From Craspedostauros australis (taxonomy: Eukaryota), in NCBI GenBank assembly GCA_030167865.1, contig JALAGF010001929.1, positions 1 to 33,374 on the forward strand: 33,374 bases of DNA, written 5' to 3'. The position numbers were made by a program, and so were the translations under genes. Positions within the stretch are counted from its first letter, which is position 1, and each line of letters begins with the position of its first letter. Under the pieces are notes generated by a model, which saw only the letters and a program-made list of their open reading frames with translations, was not told where the DNA came from and did not search any database. Shown in pieces: positions 30,801-33,374 of the stretch.

Positions 30801-32546
30801 TCCAATGCACTCCAGCGGGTCCGGAAGCCATGGGAAGAGCACTACGGCATCTCGCTCCGGCTGCATCAAGCCAGAGCGGAGGCCGAGCTGTCGCTGGGGC
30901 ACTTCGAGATTGGATACAGGCTCGGAAACGAAGCCATTGACCATGCGAAGACAGTGGACGACAAGATTCAGGCGCACCTTTCCATGGCGCTCGCGTTGGG
31001 TCGGGAGGATAAACATATCGAGTCACTATCGATGAGTATGCGCTTGGGTCGCATGCTCGGCATAGTTCCCCGTCGGTTTTTCCTCGCGCACATCGTCAAG
31101 GACATACTGACGATCAAGGCCTATTTCAAACGCCACACGGACGATGACATCTTGGCTTTGCCCCTTGTGGAAGATTACAAAACGATCATGGCCGTGCGGA
31201 CTGGTTGCGAAATCGGGGATAGATCGCTCGTGGTTGGAGATCCTATTCCATGGATGCTCGAAACGTGCAAAATGTTGAAGATGACTATCAAGTACGGGAT
31301 TTCCGCTTTGTCGGCTATGTGCTTCGCTTCGATGGGGACAATCTTCGATATGGTCATGAAGGATTACGCTTCAGCGTTGCGGTGTGTCAACATTGGAAGA
31401 CGCATACTGAATTTGACGAAGAACGATGAAGCCCGAGGATTGGCGGGTGGCCTCCCCCTGGAATTCATTCTCCGCTACAGTTTACCAACTGAACAGATTG
31501 ATCCTATGGTCAGCGAAACGCACCAATACGCAATGCAGGCAGGGTGTTTTGAAGTTGGAATCAGAACGCTCCAGTTCCGCTTCATCGCACGCTACTTCCA
31601 GGACTGCACCCTTCCAGAGTTGAGCAACACAATCAACAATGTAATACGGCAGTCTCGAGTTTATCGAGTTGCTGCCCTGGATGGAGTTTCCCGTGCAACC
31701 CTTCAACTTTCCCAACTCCTTCAAGGGATACAGAAGGTAGACTGGACAGATATCGTGGCACAGTCGCAGAAAGATCTGAAGAAGAACCCACCACATCCTA
31801 CACGAGTATTCGAAGTGAAGTTCGACTTCTTCACTTCGGCTTGTGCGGCCTATTACTCCGAGCGGTACGAGATCGCAGATCGTTCGATGAAGAAATTCCG
31901 AAGCATAGGAGACAAGAGTGAGGCGTTCATCTTGGTGCAACAACGCTTGTGGATGTCAGGTTTGATAGCATCTGCTATGTACAGGACCACCAAGAAGCGG
32001 AAGTACAGAAGCAAGCTCAGGTCCCAAGTCGCCATCCTTGAATCCATGGAGAAGACCAAAGGCAACGGCCTTCGTCTGTGCAGGCTACTCTTGGAAGCGG
32101 AATACCAATCCTTGGCGCATACCAAAGGGGATCCACTCAAGGTTCAGCGCGTTTTGGATGCGTACGACGCAGCCATCGAAGCAGCGCTTGATGAACCGTC
32201 CACGCAAATCATTGCGTTGGGGCACGAACTTGCCGCAGAACACCTGATCCGAAGCAAGGAAGAGGGAGGAAACAAACCCACGAGCCGCAACGATGATGGC
32301 CTGAAACTGGAAGAGGTTGCGTCGGACGCGGCAATCAGCAGGTATTTGCTGCAGGCATTGGAGCGTTACCATGTGTGGGGATGCCGATTGAAGATCGACT
32401 GTATCCTGCGATCACGATCCCAATACGTTCAGGATTGGGAACCCGTCAAGGAGCAACCGCAGACAAAGACAAGCAGAACAGCAGTGGGCAAAACGATAGG
32501 ATCTGTTCCATCAGCATCGAATCGGGCATTCTCGGGCGATCAGTAA
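27813..32546 (+). CDS. STAND-class P-loop ATPase (AAA_16-like) with winged-helix and helical/TPR-like C-terminal region
   Basis: 1577-aa intronless ORF. Motifs: FFGRTKE, Walker A GKSGTGKS (28446-28469), GKYD...PFSAI, Walker B LFLDDLQW (29295), sensor LLGAIR, KTGGNVFF (GxP-equivalent), FQ-type YQFAHDRIQQAAY, ADHLN and terminal YHVWGCRLKI. This is the motif order of the ATPase/helical core of bacterial multi-sensor Ser/Thr kinase-ATPase-His kinase proteins. Confidence 0.85.
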   Translation: MDQPMDQAMDHTMDHTINQETDRPQRSSKTPQASAFDVLTSGHEFYDHGYTEEEQNAADLPSTFEPVSANLHNSLSRLQSNGENNESVNDSDGDGVSPIQKSLSASTTAQHSFPSFLPSSSSSSSSLLAPSSPSPSVMSAAANRVTATMLGMRATSGTTNHSFFGRTKELIKLKSIHSIVMQKRSLQTYTNNTSGDDQQESPPIYPAVLVWGKSGTGKSCLIEQFIDEACCTCNTNVINSSAPPPPSARIDNGNIHTRSNGAGRRSSNSSTNTSNSNSTNTCDGKTSPRHCSCCYVLRGKYDESTGGSEPFSAIIQALNDLVMQLQHGPPEELDRMRSLIRNAFDSEGSNGNTKQRNMSFTHADSTGTAEATAAAVNDNSDGNGETERSTTSSQLGLSQLIPLVPSLSILLSDDTNMSNPPIAPNLESPTASDDEAPVACTRMSVSSSELSSAQRPNAYDESSPAQGSQNSWNRLRYIFIQFMKTISTPTKPVYLFLDDLQWSSSAGLELVAMLISDPEMDNFMLLGAIRQDTDPQNDEIVDLKIDAPLRTSFLDRLIPPAGDRGDGNGGNGGDDDSNDGGSGSGGSQISNGMDHLEDETKQDHHLHLEQITITNLSLDDTTQWLSEMLDRPCDDPDLMVLTRKLHKKTGGNVFFTIKAIEELKRKNIIVFSRITFMWEWNLRSKSKNRISSAPLGFGKHHGFRGDSNDNDNHNDDNDSDSDDDLPISDNIVTAIENQLRQLSQDLQHVLSIASYIRARFDLFVLQRVMEQEQAYANCTNADTTLEDSQANQANANDSDQQPAPKSTFASASAPASAWTKARLISILQQAIAERLVIHSTTSRNTYQFAHDRIQQAAYGLVPYGEVRDKLRVRIGRCLLDIYAETHPIDCMSTWGEGNRIDPNDHGKQRIHTERTEQDGGTTVVESLQREGPQEHPPHQRAHAFQQDDTLLFVAADHLNSVQTKDHMFSATMNLHVGETALGMAALASAAGYLRKASNALQRVRKPWEEHYGISLRLHQARAEAELSLGHFEIGYRLGNEAIDHAKTVDDKIQAHLSMALALGREDKHIESLSMSMRLGRMLGIVPRRFFLAHIVKDILTIKAYFKRHTDDDILALPLVEDYKTIMAVRTGCEIGDRSLVVGDPIPWMLETCKMLKMTIKYGISALSAMCFASMGTIFDMVMKDYASALRCVNIGRRILNLTKNDEARGLAGGLPLEFILRYSLPTEQIDPMVSETHQYAMQAGCFEVGIRTLQFRFIARYFQDCTLPELSNTINNVIRQSRVYRVAALDGVSRATLQLSQLLQGIQKVDWTDIVAQSQKDLKKNPPHPTRVFEVKFDFFTSACAAYYSERYEIADRSMKKFRSIGDKSEAFILVQQRLWMSGLIASAMYRTTKKRKYRSKLRSQVAILESMEKTKGNGLRLCRLLLEAEYQSLAHTKGDPLKVQRVLDAYDAAIEAALDEPSTQIIALGHELAAEHLIRSKEEGGNKPTSRNDDGLKLEEVASDAAISRYLLQALERYHVWGCRLKIDCILRSRSQYVQDWEPVKEQPQTKTSRTAVGKTIGSVPSASNRAFSGDQ

Positions 32547-33252
32547 GGGTCCGCTGTCTCGTCTCGTAGAGCAGATACTCTCTAGCTCGTATAATAGGAC
32601 ACTTCGATGGTTAAAACACGCCAAGCAATGCCGTCGCGGAGTGATATACTCTACACGATTACTAATCGTAGGTAGTATGCGAGGTGATATCCCTGCACAC
32701 ACCCTGCCGAACTGCGTCGTGTACGAGCTACTCGCGCCCAAGAGGAGCTGCAAGCTAGAGTAGAGGAATAGCTGGTGAGTTGTGCTGAGTGACGTCACAC
32801 GAGCGCACAAAGTTTGCTCAGAATTCGACACGACAATTCTCACCACAAAACGGACCTCGCAACAACACACGACACAACACGATGTGAGACAACCAACCAA
32901 CTCCAACAAGGAGGGAGAGCCATGATGACGACCATGATGCACAATGGACATGCTCCGCTTCCAACCATAGGCATGCGTCAAGCATAAAACGAAGTCAGCC
33001 ATAGACTCAAGCAGGCACTGCGTCGATTAAGCAACCATCAATGCAAACAACAAACTGATTGCCAATCCTCTTGTCGATTGTTAACACCATACTGGTGCAC
33101 GTACAACGAGAGACCCTTCAACCACGATTGCTCCAATTTGATCCAATCCGTGCTGTTCTGCAATCGCGAGGTGCGACGGAATCCACGTTGCACCACATCC
33201 CATCACAACACAACACTCAAAGTACGCATCGTACCACAGCTATCGACTCATC

Positions 33253-33374
33253 ATGACAAAGCATGCCCACTCATCAGCAACACCGTCGACAATTGCGACA
33301 GCGCAATGTGACTACGATGAACTGTCGAAGCAGGAAAAGAGCGAGCTGATCAGGGACGTTCTTCCGCAGTGTCA
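33253..33374 (+). CDS. Possible 5' end of a gene running off the window (MTKHAHSSATPSTIATAQCDYDELSKQEKSELIRDVLPQC...)
   Basis: ATG at 33253, open to the window edge, preceded by a CA-rich leader like those of other genes here. Only 40 codons are visible. Confidence 0.35.
   Translation, partial: MTKHAHSSATPSTIATAQCDYDELSKQEKSELIRDVLPQC

Noticed and set aside
1..33374. CRISPR array, operon or prokaryotic defence island (MTase plus STAND ATPase)
   Set aside because: No repeat-spacer array or cognate nuclease. The two genes are ~8 kb apart and embedded among spliceosomal-intron-containing eukaryotic genes of similar composition.

Overview
Gene-dense eukaryotic nuclear DNA with nine short GT-AG introns (145-403 nt), each of which restores the reading frame, in most cases across a conserved motif. 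Compact genes, CAA-rich leaders and gene-family content suggest a stramenopile, probably a diatom; this is inference only. Eleven complete protein-coding genes are supported, in order: DMAP1/Swc4 (+), a low-complexity coiled-coil orphan (-), a prion-like protein with a spliced C-x2-C-x6-H-x-C zinc knuckle (+), MCM9 (+, 3 exons), a Trf4/PAPD5 poly(A) polymerase (+, 2 exons), a 3xKH + WW RNA-binding protein (-, 3 exons), an NPPY-motif amino-methyltransferase resembling phage/giant-virus adenine MTases (+), the DHX16/Prp2 DEAH helicase (-, 2 exons), an ARM-repeat protein (+), a 139-aa secreted Cys-rich EF-hand protein mostly missed by the ORF track (-, 3 exons), and a 1577-aa effector-less STAND ATPase (+). 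A possible gene start lies at the right edge. No rRNA, tRNA, CRISPR array or recognisable transposon was found. The most interesting items are the NPPY methyltransferase, the STAND ATPase, the hidden EF-hand gene and the zinc-knuckle protein.
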